Positions 16,101 through 25,535 of a stretch of 64,000 nucleotides of DNA are shown here, piece after piece. Below the pieces are notes generated by a model that was not told the origin of the DNA, searched no databases, and saw only the letters and a list, made by a program, of their open reading frames with translations. The translations under genes and the position numbers were made by a program. Numbering within the stretch: the stretch's first letter is position 1; the number at the start of each line of letters is the position of its first letter. The stretch lies in IMG/VR virus record IMGVR_UViG_3300020190_000032, positions 1 through 64,000 of that record; one strand, given 5' to 3'. The DNA comes from a virus.

Positions 16101-17909
16101 GCTATTGAAAAGACAGGCGATGCCCTTAAGGACGTAAAAATAGCTCAGCAACAATATTTTAATTCTATTGACGCTGATAAGCAAGCTCAAATCAACGCCC
16201 TGCAAGATCAATACAACAAGGGTCAAATCAGCAGTGCAAGTTTTGCAACGCAAAGTGCTAACTTACAAAAACAATCAACAGACCAAAAACTTGCTGCAAT
16301 TGCAAAAGAAAAAGCGGCTCTTGAGAACAGGGCTAAAACACAAACCACTGTTGATTATGCAGCCTATAGGCGGATTCAAGAATTAACCCAACAAGAGCAA
16401 GCATTGCGCTCTGGAGCCGCTGTTCAAACTCAGCAACTATCAGAAGAAGAAATAAAAGCCATTCAAGAAAGACAGAAAGCGGTCGAAAGCCTTGCAGGAA
16501 GCTATAAGGATCTTGGAAGCATTGCATCTACTGCTGTTAACGACCTTGGTTCAAGCGTGGAAGGCGCCCTTGAAAGCCTTGCCGATACTATTACTCAACA
16601 AGCCGTAATCAACTTTAGTATTACTGGTGATCAATCTTTCCTGCAACAAACACTTGACAATCAAGGTAAAATTCTTGATTTCCAATACACGATTGGCGCT
16701 TTAAAAATTAAACAACAGCAAGCAGAAAAGCAATTTGAACTTGAGCTTCAAAAGCTCAAGATTCAAACGGCTTTAATCGAGGCTCAATCTGCAGCCGCTG
16801 GTGGTGATCCAATTGCCAAGCAAATGGTAGAAGCATATGAACGTCAGCTTGCAATTATTCCTCAAATCCAGGCTGCAAACCAGATTACATCTGATGCAGC
16901 TCTTATTGGCCTTGAAGCTGAAACGCAGCAAAAGCAAACACAGTTAAACCTTGCACGCGAAGCCCAAGGCTTACCTCCTGTCAATATTGTGGATATCGAA
17001 TCTGCCGGCAGCCTCCAAAGTAAGTTTGATGGTATTTACAACAGCGCTAAAACTGCTGCCTCTCAAATTGGTAATGCTGCAACAACAAGTATTAACCAGG
17101 GTACACAAAAACTTGCTCAAGGTGTAACAGGTGTTAATACTGCTGTTGCTGGAACCGCTGGTACAGCGAAACAGGCTGGCACTGCATTTGAGCAAGCAGT
17201 AACAAACCTGGAGCAAGGAATTAAAAAGTTAAGCGCTGCGGAACTAACAAAAGGTTTACAGGAAGGCGGCAAGAAGGGTGGCGAGGCGTTTAACGCTGAG
17301 GTGAAGAAGTCTCCAGGCTTAATCAATCAGGCCGTTCAGGCTGCAAAGGGACTTGGCGACCAGTTCTTGGCGACTGTTAATCCTATCCAAAGAATGAGTA
17401 ACGAAGTAAGAACAGTTATAGGCCTGGTTCAACAATTGAGCGGAGCAGTGGGCAGGATACCTTCAGGTAGCAATGCCAGGGCAATGGGCGGTCCGGTCGC
17501 TGGGGGTCAGACTTACCTCGTTAATGACGGTGGCGGCAGAGAGGCATTTATGAATAAGACGGGTCAAATTAGCTTACTGCCTGCAGGTAGAAACATCAAA
17601 TGGAGAGCACCTGGCGATGGTTTTGTGCTTCCCGCTCCAATGACTGCATCGCTGGTACAAAACAGTCAGATCAACGCAAAGATTGCAGCCGTAAACAGTG
17701 CCTCCGCCACAAGACCCAATAATGCATATTCGTCTGGGCTGTCAAATTCCGGCAACCTAATTCAGCAAATGGGTGCAATGATGGGAGGCGCTACGACTCA
17801 GCGCATCACCAATAATGTCACCATTCAGAGTCAATCGCCTGTTATGGATGCATCCAAGATCATGGCGAATGTTGCAAGGCTTAAGGCGCGGAGAGGCATA
17901 AGAGGATGA
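13173..17909 (+). CDS. Tail tape measure protein
   Basis: 1578-aa Ala/Leu/Gln helical protein; AFAQVLSKGKLQGEELNQQISE core; hydrophobic middle; RAMGGPV...YLVND motif near the C-terminus. Confidence 0.95.
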   Translation: MADGDLIISFRTKGEAESFIRATKGAKLSVEELAAAVVKAGGALGDVFDEVYNLNIGARVAGLNEVKGYKKVLSDTEQQILDLIRAIEKKNKADQGSLTNLRQSLNQAKQKLASMSKENAAYDAQTQRVNKLTEALRRAQGIEVGSLADINLNVKDLEKRLQIENLSADARQRLTNEINEYNVAAQRARGIEAGSIADLRQQQQEQERLAQSLRVGSDAQLQAAKNAKALGDQIAAATPKTFSLIGALNKVATVQAGIIAITAAIAQVAGSVDQVVKRLKAVESFDLALKNVGVSASESARFFQQAADTANSLGAPLEQVEKAYKRIVPPLKNIGATTEDTDKFIENLTARTQILGLSTEESGRYLEAFAQVLSKGKLQGEELNQQISELDGAFRGQLADALGVTTQELTVMVEKGEVTSDVFYKAFNSMQNGVELLTGGLESGNATIQQLQNSITNLNTKTLEEIGKNIEPGIRAFLAAAAAFSKLVNEIAKSPLGELLAEVFNQVAYATRALIDGLALLTKTLLLVINPIAKLLQLFTPLISVLVLLKTATLSAALAKKAFKVVLVQSKAAALANATSLQLLTGSVVKFGAAIKSLLTLKVGKFLSDLGLSATYALRALNIDIINRFIDALGRLRAAQAAGTTMDFVSVAGQRFKNSMSGLGDLINAIVFKLGAFTAKAKAAGQTIAKNVGDFFKFKRAADGTRIAYDGVGRAAANATVDISANAATVSREVVPALGKVGKTAGLANGQLARAGVGAGNFLKTLLNFGKATLVTAVVTAALQGLLQVLEGFSQGGDQAKQPLGELEGTLRQLGIQTKTTHGAWLGFLDDLRRIPGVEKVIDFIQQIGDKLKALGLAAGGDRGLSNLSDKFDDIEKAAKKAGAGGLNDFANASKLNKEEATQLVGGLRATEKAYEETAANIESQIAALKSSGGATQDQIEVLERQKQAAEQGADRANYYASEWENATKTQRESVSAIEKTGDALKDVKIAQQQYFNSIDADKQAQINALQDQYNKGQISSASFATQSANLQKQSTDQKLAAIAKEKAALENRAKTQTTVDYAAYRRIQELTQQEQALRSGAAVQTQQLSEEEIKAIQERQKAVESLAGSYKDLGSIASTAVNDLGSSVEGALESLADTITQQAVINFSITGDQSFLQQTLDNQGKILDFQYTIGALKIKQQQAEKQFELELQKLKIQTALIEAQSAAAGGDPIAKQMVEAYERQLAIIPQIQAANQITSDAALIGLEAETQQKQTQLNLAREAQGLPPVNIVDIESAGSLQSKFDGIYNSAKTAASQIGNAATTSINQGTQKLAQGVTGVNTAVAGTAGTAKQAGTAFEQAVTNLEQGIKKLSAAELTKGLQEGGKKGGEAFNAEVKKSPGLINQAVQAAKGLGDQFLATVNPIQRMSNEVRTVIGLVQQLSGAVGRIPSGSNARAMGGPVAGGQTYLVNDGGGREAFMNKTGQISLLPAGRNIKWRAPGDGFVLPAPMTASLVQNSQINAKIAAVNSASATRPNNAYSSGLSNSGNLIQQMGAMMGGATTQRITNNVTIQSQSPVMDASKIMANVARLKARRGIRG

Positions 17910-18307
17910 ACACGGGAATAAAGATTCAATACGGAACAAATATTGTAGGGTTTGAGAACTTTACTGATACTCAATTCCCTCGTTCTTATATGGCGCAAGC
18001 CAATCTTGAATTCTCTCAACTGGGAACTGCTTATGCTAGCGGCCCTGCTCGGAAGCAAAGAAAAATGTGGTCAATATCTTCAATCATAAAGAGAAGTGAA
18101 GTTTCCACATTGATGTCATTATACGAGGCTTGGGATGCAAAGCGGGCAGAGGGAGACAATCTTGCCACTGTAAAATTAACAGACTATCTTCTTTCTCCTA
18201 CTGGTGTTACCCATAAAGTTTTTATCACAGAACCACCTGCTATCACAAAATTAGGTGCTGGAAACAATAACTTTTTTGTGGCAACTATGGTTATGGTGGA
18301 GACTTAA
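17906..18307 (+). CDS. Putative distal tail protein
   Basis: 133 aa, immediately after the tape measure gene with ATGA overlap. Confidence 0.6.
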   Translation: MNTGIKIQYGTNIVGFENFTDTQFPRSYMAQANLEFSQLGTAYASGPARKQRKMWSISSIIKRSEVSTLMSLYEAWDAKRAEGDNLATVKLTDYLLSPTGVTHKVFITEPPAITKLGAGNNNFFVATMVMVET

Positions 18308-20917
18308 ATGTCATATATAAACACTACAACACCAACAAGAATTTGGGTTGGTGGCAGAGAGTATACAGAATTTTTGTTAAGCGGTTCGGTTAGTGATGAA
18401 TCGACGCTTTCAAGCAGTATCGTCAAGACCAGTGGTACTATCGTTTTAGGTGGTGTTCATAATTCTATCCTAACGAAAGAATTTCCTCTGCCAATTGGCA
18501 GCCCGATAATTATTCAATGCACTCTACCTAACAATCAAAGTGCCAGGCATCCCAGAGGCGCTTTATATCTTGTAAATACTACTATAAACTATGAGCAGCA
18601 GACTGTCACACTTGAAGTTGGTTGTTCTCTTTATCTAGCAAGTGTTTACGAAAGCTCTTTTACGACAAGAATTGAAAGTCTTTTTAATCTTATACCTGAG
18701 AGGTACGATGTTTTTGATGTTAAAAACTTTGATTTAAGTGAACTTGGAAATGTTCTCCAGTCCTTAGGGTACGTCATGTACCAGGACAAATACGGGAGTA
18801 TTCAGTGCGTTAAAGCATTTGGTGGTACAAATTTTGGATCTGCCAGTGGATCTTCTAAATTTACTTCATATGATGATTCAACAGCTATCTCAATTGAGTC
18901 TCTTTCCGATACATCTTCATTGATCGATCCTAGCGAATTGACTATAACAATGAGTTGGGATATTCCTATGTTTGAAGAAGAGGACCCCGAAGAAGAAGAT
19001 GATAATGATGGTACGCCCGATGAGGATGAGGCTGATCCATGCAAGGAAGAAGGCGGCCAAGGAAAAGGAGGTGCCATTGACGAAATTCAGTATTTAAATA
19101 CAAAGTATTTCCAACTGTTGTCGGAGGACGAGTGCTTAAAGGTCTACGATGGTAAAATTTATACAGAAAATCCAGAAAAGATATACGCCTGTGGTAAATT
19201 CATTAATCCTCAATATACAACCGATTTACTAGCTGCAGCAAATGATTTTTGCAAGAAACCTTTAACACTTGGGGAATGGATCAACGAAGACACCGAAGAT
19301 TGGGGATACTCGGTCAAGGGTTCACTGAAAACATTTGAAGACGCTTACTTCGGCGATTTTGTTAAAAAATACCAATACACTGAATACGAAGGTCCAGGGA
19401 AACAACTCTCATACGAAGAGAGCTGGGAAGAAATGAGTGTTTGGAGAGCGGGGGATGCTGCAATTTCTCAATGGTTTGAGAACTGTAGCAAAGAATACGA
19501 TCTGGCAGTCGAGGAAGCTAATGCGCTTTCAAATGAAATGAACGAATATGCGAGATTGAGAGATGAGAATGATATAAACCTAAAGGATGCTGCAGAGAGG
19601 GCTTGCCTAAAAGTTGATGAAATTGTCCAGATGGATACGACAAAAGGCTTCTATGATTGCCTGTTTTCCGATAGAGCGGAACTAAGAAAGCGTCGTGTAA
19701 TTTACGCGAGAGCTGTTAGGAGTTTAACCGAATTTCATTTGCAAGGTATATTTGGATGGAAAACAAGCACTAACAGAAACACAAAGAAAATATTCTTTGG
19801 GAATGGTGGCGAAATAGTAAGTGTAATTGAAAAACAATATGTCTATAGTGGTGGAGCCAAAGCGACAGTTGATTTAATCAAGAGGGCTGGTGAAATATTT
19901 GAAGAGGCTGAGTCAGATGGCACTGTAGTTGACAATAGAGGAGAAAGGAGAAGTGGAAAATTTTTCTTTTCTCCTCCTTTAGATAAAATTTTGCGCACTC
20001 AGACCGATTATGAAGAGCTACAGCAGGGCACTGATTTTTATGTGGGTGGTGTTTACTATCCATACTGGCCAGTGGAGTTTTTAAAGAGTGAAACTATTGA
20101 AGAATATCTTTACGGTGTAGACGGTGCTGGCACAGTAACGCAAAAGATAACAAAGATTGACTACGAAAATCCTGAAAACAATACTGTTGACATCAAGGTT
20201 TCCACTGATAATTCAACTGCTGCAACCGCGCAACCAAGAAATGCGGCTGACACGCCTGATAAGTGCAAAGACGCAGATGGTGATGGCATCCCTGACAGCC
20301 TTGACCAAGACATGGATGGCGACGGAATACCTGATTCCGACGATCCTGACCGAGATGGAGATGGAGATCCAAATTCATCCGATCCCGATCCAGATGACCC
20401 TACGGTTAATTCTTATACTGAATTGACGGGCTGTAATATCCCAACTGAACAAAGGGAAGTTATATACAGGATGACATTAGGAAACAGGACTCAGACTCTT
20501 CCTGGGTCATGGCTGGGCGGGTTCTCACCGAGTCCGGAGGAAATCTCAATGCCGATTAGCTTTAAACCCTTAATACCTGAAGAGCTTCAGGATAAAACAG
20601 ATGAAGACATGACAAAATTAAACTGTAATATTCTTACTAATAAATTCATCAGCACTGCTACATCCAATATGCGTAACTATGAAAAATATATAAACAAGTA
20701 TTTAGCTGTTGAGGTTGCAAAAAGAAGAATGGACAATCGCGGCGTTAGAGTTGTTGAAAAAATGCGTCCCGAGTTATTTGAATACTATCCATTTATGCCA
20801 ATCACAGTTGTTATTAATGCAAACAAGAAAAAACTTTTGACTAGAACAAGTGCGGCGACTTGGGCTTTTGACTCAACAAATGCCCTTTGTTCGCTTGATT
20901 GTTATGTACTAAATTAA
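18308..20917 (+). CDS. Putative tail hub/tip protein with thrombospondin type-3-like Ca-binding repeats
   Basis: Position after the distal-tail-like gene; DADGDGIPDSLDQDMDGDGIPDSDDPDRDGDGDPN. Confidence 0.6.
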   Translation: MSYINTTTPTRIWVGGREYTEFLLSGSVSDESTLSSSIVKTSGTIVLGGVHNSILTKEFPLPIGSPIIIQCTLPNNQSARHPRGALYLVNTTINYEQQTVTLEVGCSLYLASVYESSFTTRIESLFNLIPERYDVFDVKNFDLSELGNVLQSLGYVMYQDKYGSIQCVKAFGGTNFGSASGSSKFTSYDDSTAISIESLSDTSSLIDPSELTITMSWDIPMFEEEDPEEEDDNDGTPDEDEADPCKEEGGQGKGGAIDEIQYLNTKYFQLLSEDECLKVYDGKIYTENPEKIYACGKFINPQYTTDLLAAANDFCKKPLTLGEWINEDTEDWGYSVKGSLKTFEDAYFGDFVKKYQYTEYEGPGKQLSYEESWEEMSVWRAGDAAISQWFENCSKEYDLAVEEANALSNEMNEYARLRDENDINLKDAAERACLKVDEIVQMDTTKGFYDCLFSDRAELRKRRVIYARAVRSLTEFHLQGIFGWKTSTNRNTKKIFFGNGGEIVSVIEKQYVYSGGAKATVDLIKRAGEIFEEAESDGTVVDNRGERRSGKFFFSPPLDKILRTQTDYEELQQGTDFYVGGVYYPYWPVEFLKSETIEEYLYGVDGAGTVTQKITKIDYENPENNTVDIKVSTDNSTAATAQPRNAADTPDKCKDADGDGIPDSLDQDMDGDGIPDSDDPDRDGDGDPNSSDPDPDDPTVNSYTELTGCNIPTEQREVIYRMTLGNRTQTLPGSWLGGFSPSPEEISMPISFKPLIPEELQDKTDEDMTKLNCNILTNKFISTATSNMRNYEKYINKYLAVEVAKRRMDNRGVRVVEKMRPELFEYYPFMPITVVINANKKKLLTRTSAATWAFDSTNALCSLDCYVLN

Positions 20918-21784
20918 ATGACTACTGCAATCAGCCCAGATCTATTTAATATTTATGCACCAGTTGCGACTGGGTCAACTGGAGTTGTCTTGATTTCTCC
21001 TGCATTGCTGCATTTGCCAGCAAAAGCAACATATGTAGTTTTCAATGAGGTTCCTACCGCAGGGGTTATTAAGCTTGACGGTGTCAATATAGTGGCTGGT
21101 GTAACAGAGATCTCAAAAGCAGACGTACAGGCAAATAAGCTTCAATGGCATAGCAACCTTCCTAATACTACGCAATTCCTTGATGTATCGTATTTTGGAT
21201 TTGACGAGAATGATCAAATAGTTTCATTGCTTCAGGTATATTATCCGCCTGACATCGTTAGTGATATAACCATCAATGTAGTCAATGGTGGTAATTTTTT
21301 AACTGGTGAAGAAGGCTTTGGCATAGCTCCAGATGGCGGTGATTTTGACGCTGGAGGATTTGTTATTAATGGTTACTCATATGATGGTGGTGATTTTAAT
21401 ACTGGCGACAGAGTTGGCGTCGCTCCACCGCCATTAAGTAATTATAATTTCTATGCTGACGGAGAACTGGATCCCGAGGTCGAAAACATCGTAATGCTCT
21501 TGGATGAGGATTTGATGCCCATCCAAACATCTCAGTTGCCAAATACGCAATTTATTGATTCTGGTGTAATCATGCCGGATCTGCTGTTCAATCTGGATTA
21601 TACTATTGAGTTGCAGATTAGCTATGTAACCAAGTTCTTTGAAGGATTTAACTATGGATCAATCGTACCTAATGCTGGCTATGATATCGACTATGGTGCA
21701 ATTACGTCTGAGCCCGATGAAGGCTATGACTTCAATAGTATTGTGAATTATGAAGAGCCGGTGCCCGGCAACGTAGCAACCTAA
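20918..21784 (+). CDS. Putative tail-tip structural protein with three (D/N)GG(D/N)F motifs
   Basis: VNGGNF, PDGGDF, YDGGDF; position in the tail operon. Confidence 0.55.
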   Translation: MTTAISPDLFNIYAPVATGSTGVVLISPALLHLPAKATYVVFNEVPTAGVIKLDGVNIVAGVTEISKADVQANKLQWHSNLPNTTQFLDVSYFGFDENDQIVSLLQVYYPPDIVSDITINVVNGGNFLTGEEGFGIAPDGGDFDAGGFVINGYSYDGGDFNTGDRVGVAPPPLSNYNFYADGELDPEVENIVMLLDEDLMPIQTSQLPNTQFIDSGVIMPDLLFNLDYTIELQISYVTKFFEGFNYGSIVPNAGYDIDYGAITSEPDEGYDFNSIVNYEEPVPGNVAT

Positions 21785-21815
21785 TAGGCACACTAGTTGA
21801 GAAAAATCCGGTCGG

Positions 21816-22244
21816 ATGTCAATTATTAGTACGACCGAATTACAGAGGCAGGCTGTAACAGCGGTCACGGATAGAGACTTTGAGGCAATACTCTTAAACA
21901 GCACAAAGCCTTATAATTCAACAACGACATACGCATCTTATATCGAAGACGAGCTTGAAACTACTGCCGGTGGATACACTCGCATTCCCTTTACGTTTAA
22001 CACTTCAGATATAACAGTTACGGCAACTGGTGTTCATACTGTTAGCCGGTATTTGACATGGTTTCACAATGGCAATGCAGAAGCCATGAATTTCGATCAT
22101 ATTCTTGTTGTTGAAAAGGAGTTTGCGCAACCACTTAATTTTTATTATGTTGTTGGCGTCTACAATCTTGGTGTTGGTTATACTTTAAGGCTCTTTGGCG
22201 AAAGAGCAAGATTTTCACTACGTTTTAATGTTAAGAACAAATGA
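21816..22244 (+). CDS. Putative tail structural protein
   Basis: ELETTAGGYTR motif; late motif at 21787-21795. Confidence 0.6.
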   Translation: MSIISTTELQRQAVTAVTDRDFEAILLNSTKPYNSTTTYASYIEDELETTAGGYTRIPFTFNTSDITVTATGVHTVSRYLTWFHNGNAEAMNFDHILVVEKEFAQPLNFYYVVGVYNLGVGYTLRLFGERARFSLRFNVKNK

Positions 22245-22516
22245 GTAACACAAGTGGCAAGACTTTACTGGACCTAGTAAATGAGTCCGCTCAGGCCAAT
22301 CGTTTAAACACGGTTGAAAATGCTTTAGCCGGCGGCGGATTAGGGCAAAAGAATTTCAATGCAACCTGGCGCGGTTTTGAGCTTAACGGGCGCCCTACGG
22401 TCAAATACAAAGGATCCCTTTACAATGTAAACGGAGACGGCTTCACGGGGCTCCCAATGAATTCTAGCGTGACTTTAAGAGTCGGGAAGAATACGCTGTC
22501 TGCTTCCTGGCGATAA
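22241..22516 (+). CDS. Putative small structural protein
   Basis: Coupled ORF; WRGFELNGRPTVKYKG resembles WMGYNSANKPTVKKNG of the next gene. Confidence 0.55.
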   Translation: MSNTSGKTLLDLVNESAQANRLNTVENALAGGGLGQKNFNATWRGFELNGRPTVKYKGSLYNVNGDGFTGLPMNSSVTLRVGKNTLSASWR

Positions 22517-25500
22517 TGGGTGCATTTGAAGAGCTTCAGAAAAAATTAGACGCTCTTGCCAAGGAAGCCAGAGCTATCCTTCAAGCCAAGAAGGTTAGCG
22601 AGATCAAGGGCATTCCAGGTGAAGCTGAATGGATGGGATACAATTCAGCAAATAAACCAACTGTAAAAAAGAATGGCGAAATACTTATCGTAAAAGCGAC
22701 ATCTTCGATTAATTTGCCTATTGGCTCTAAAGTTTATATTGATGAAACTTTTACCATACAATATAAAACTAAAAAGCCTCCCAAGAAAGATAAGGCAGAC
22801 GAAAGGAAACAGGCTAATTATGACCGCAGGCCATTCAAAAGAAGAAGAAAGGTTCCAATTCCCCCTAAAGTCATCAAGACTGTCAAAGGTTCAACTTGGT
22901 TGGTTTACCATGAATACCTTAAAGAATTAAATCTTACAACTGAAGCACAAATAGGTACAAACCCTCAGCTTTTTGGGTGGAGTCTTTTTCTGTCACTGGC
23001 CCCGCTAGCGATTCTTAGCGGAGGCTTACTACTTGGAGTTATCTACTGGACATTGTTTGAATTTAAAATTGAACCAGTTGATCCAATCATTGTAAACGAT
23101 TTATCTAAGCAAGAAAATCATCCTGATATTTTAACTAACACAAATTTAAATGCTGATGACTATAATTATTTTCTAATTCTCCAGGGTGTCGTCGATCAAC
23201 TATTTACAAGTAGCGGTTTACTGGCTTACCCCCCCAGCCAAGCAGATGGTTTTTGGTTAGGCAAGAATTTAGCAATATCTAATAACATTTTCTTTATTGG
23301 CCAAACCAATCAGACGAGTGTTGAAACATTTACACCTGGTGCAGGATTAACATTTAGCGACAAGATATTTATTAGGCCTTGGACCTACAATGCTGCTGAC
23401 AAGTTGGTTGGATTGTTGACTCATTTTGGTCCAGGCAAAGTTCAAGCTTGTCTATATCGTGTGGTTGGCGTTTTTCCTCCAAAGAGATTTAAGATCAATA
23501 TTCACGCTTGGCAGACACCTGATAGAGAACTGCCTGATTTAAATCCTGCAAGCGAGAATTATTATCAAACTCTGAACGAACTGCTTCCAATGAAGCATAA
23601 GCAATTTGTGATTCCGGATGACATAACAGAGTGGAATTCCTTGCTTGGGAGTGGTATAGTATCAGAAAATGAACAAGATGTTTCCGAGGTGATTCCATAT
23701 GAGATTATTCCTGCGCATGACTTCCAGACCTATGATAATCCAGAGGCAGCTTATGATTTGACAAAGTTTGCAGCTTATTCGCAGAATAATTTATATCTAA
23801 ATTATGTAGTAAAAGCTTATGCTCCTTGGACTGATTTAGGTGATACCTTTAGGATTAATTATTACGCTTTAAACATTAAAGCGACTAACCTTCCTGATGA
23901 TGGTGGGATTGAAGTAAGTTATTCATTCAAACCATGCACGCTTGATTTGCCGGAGGAATTTAAATTTGATGGGAAAATTTATCTTGAAGATCCAAAATTT
24001 CCATTGCAGGGTGGTGAGCGGAATGTAGCCAGAAGGCAGATAACTTATACAATTAAAGGAACTGATGACCCAACCGCAAATGTTAGCCAAGTTGTAATAT
24101 CAGCGATCAGGGGTGATACAGAAAAAAGAGGTCTTCTTTCTGGAAGCGATCCTGACGCAATCCCAGTTTCAATTGATCAGGAGACAGGAAAGTATAAGTA
24201 TGTCCCTGGACAGAATTTAAAGTTTGAGGTTTCAGGCGCACCACAGGGCTTTTTATTGGATACAAATACTGGTGAATATGTGTTTGATCAAAATATCTCA
24301 CCCTATGCTGTGTATAATAACGGCCAAGGAACACAGTTTGATTTTGAATACACGGTGGAGGATTCGGTTGGAACAAAATCGACAGGAATTATTACAATTT
24401 ATTTGATTGGCGGAAACACTGGATTTGTATCAAGTGGATCAGAATTGATAGGATCTATTGCGAGCAGTAGTACTGGCGATGGAGGCGCTCCACCATTAAA
24501 TGAATGGGACCCGGATCCTATTATTGAATCTACCGAAACAGGAGAAGAGCAAACCTTTGAAAAGATTACCACTACGATACCATTGCCGAATGAAGACACT
24601 CAAGGTAATGTTTGGGGTTACGCCGGAAGAAGGGCTCAAGTAAAAATAAAAGATACAGCCCCGCCAATTATTAAACTTAAAGTGGGAGGTCAGTATTTTG
24701 ATAACCCAGCAGGCTTTAGTGAAGAAGATTTTATCTTCTCTGTAAAGACTGATCAAGGGCGGATCGGCAGTGCAAACAATTTTATTGCTGATTTTACAGT
24801 CAAAAAAGCTAACTATGATCGTCTTGGCCCAGACCAAGAACTTACAATTACCTACACGATTGAAGGATTGCTGAACAATGCGCCGTTCGTAGGTAATTTT
24901 GAAAATTTGATTGATTACCAGAAGAGAAAAATTAGAAGTGATTTTATTAAGTTTGCTTTTGCTGGAGATTGGAGAAAGAATATATTCAATGAAAGACAAG
25001 AACAGCCCGCTAATAATATTTTTGCTGATGTGGTAGGCGATTCTCCGACTAGAGATACATTAAACTTACCGGAACTGAATATTGATATTACGGAAAGAGA
25101 TGTGACGGCAAATTGGATCAGAGAATTTACATGGTATAGCGAAGAAGAGGGCAAAGAAGATCCAAAGTATGCATTGAGATTTCAACAATCTGATGACAGT
25201 TCGACTACATATGAAGATGAGTACGTCAAGATTGTCCCCTTAGCCTGGGATTTTTCAAGCCAGTATAAAGAATTACTGTTTTATGCCGCAGATGATGTAA
25301 ACAAGATTGAAGCACTTGACGAGGAATCGGTCTTGGAGGCGATTGCAAACGCTAGTCAGGTACAAATAAAGAAGAAATGGCTATGGGACGCACTGCCTTT
25401 CGGGATGGATCGGAATGACCAAACTGGTAAGAAATGGAGGCTTGACAGAGAAAGAACACAACCTCTAAAAGGCTATATGATCTTTGGTTGGTCTAGTTAG
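22516..25500 (+). CDS. Large putative tail protein with VCBS/cadherin-like domain
   Basis: LSGSDPD, GFLLDTNTGEYVF and FEYTVEDSVG motifs; basic N-terminus and one hydrophobic helix. Confidence 0.6.
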   Translation: MGAFEELQKKLDALAKEARAILQAKKVSEIKGIPGEAEWMGYNSANKPTVKKNGEILIVKATSSINLPIGSKVYIDETFTIQYKTKKPPKKDKADERKQANYDRRPFKRRRKVPIPPKVIKTVKGSTWLVYHEYLKELNLTTEAQIGTNPQLFGWSLFLSLAPLAILSGGLLLGVIYWTLFEFKIEPVDPIIVNDLSKQENHPDILTNTNLNADDYNYFLILQGVVDQLFTSSGLLAYPPSQADGFWLGKNLAISNNIFFIGQTNQTSVETFTPGAGLTFSDKIFIRPWTYNAADKLVGLLTHFGPGKVQACLYRVVGVFPPKRFKINIHAWQTPDRELPDLNPASENYYQTLNELLPMKHKQFVIPDDITEWNSLLGSGIVSENEQDVSEVIPYEIIPAHDFQTYDNPEAAYDLTKFAAYSQNNLYLNYVVKAYAPWTDLGDTFRINYYALNIKATNLPDDGGIEVSYSFKPCTLDLPEEFKFDGKIYLEDPKFPLQGGERNVARRQITYTIKGTDDPTANVSQVVISAIRGDTEKRGLLSGSDPDAIPVSIDQETGKYKYVPGQNLKFEVSGAPQGFLLDTNTGEYVFDQNISPYAVYNNGQGTQFDFEYTVEDSVGTKSTGIITIYLIGGNTGFVSSGSELIGSIASSSTGDGGAPPLNEWDPDPIIESTETGEEQTFEKITTTIPLPNEDTQGNVWGYAGRRAQVKIKDTAPPIIKLKVGGQYFDNPAGFSEEDFIFSVKTDQGRIGSANNFIADFTVKKANYDRLGPDQELTITYTIEGLLNNAPFVGNFENLIDYQKRKIRSDFIKFAFAGDWRKNIFNERQEQPANNIFADVVGDSPTRDTLNLPELNIDITERDVTANWIREFTWYSEEEGKEDPKYALRFQQSDDSSTTYEDEYVKIVPLAWDFSSQYKELLFYAADDVNKIEALDEESVLEAIANASQVQIKKKWLWDALPFGMDRNDQTGKKWRLDRERTQPLKGYMIFGWSS

Positions 25501-25535
25501 ACGAGCGGTATCCTAATGGCAGATTGGCTTTATGA

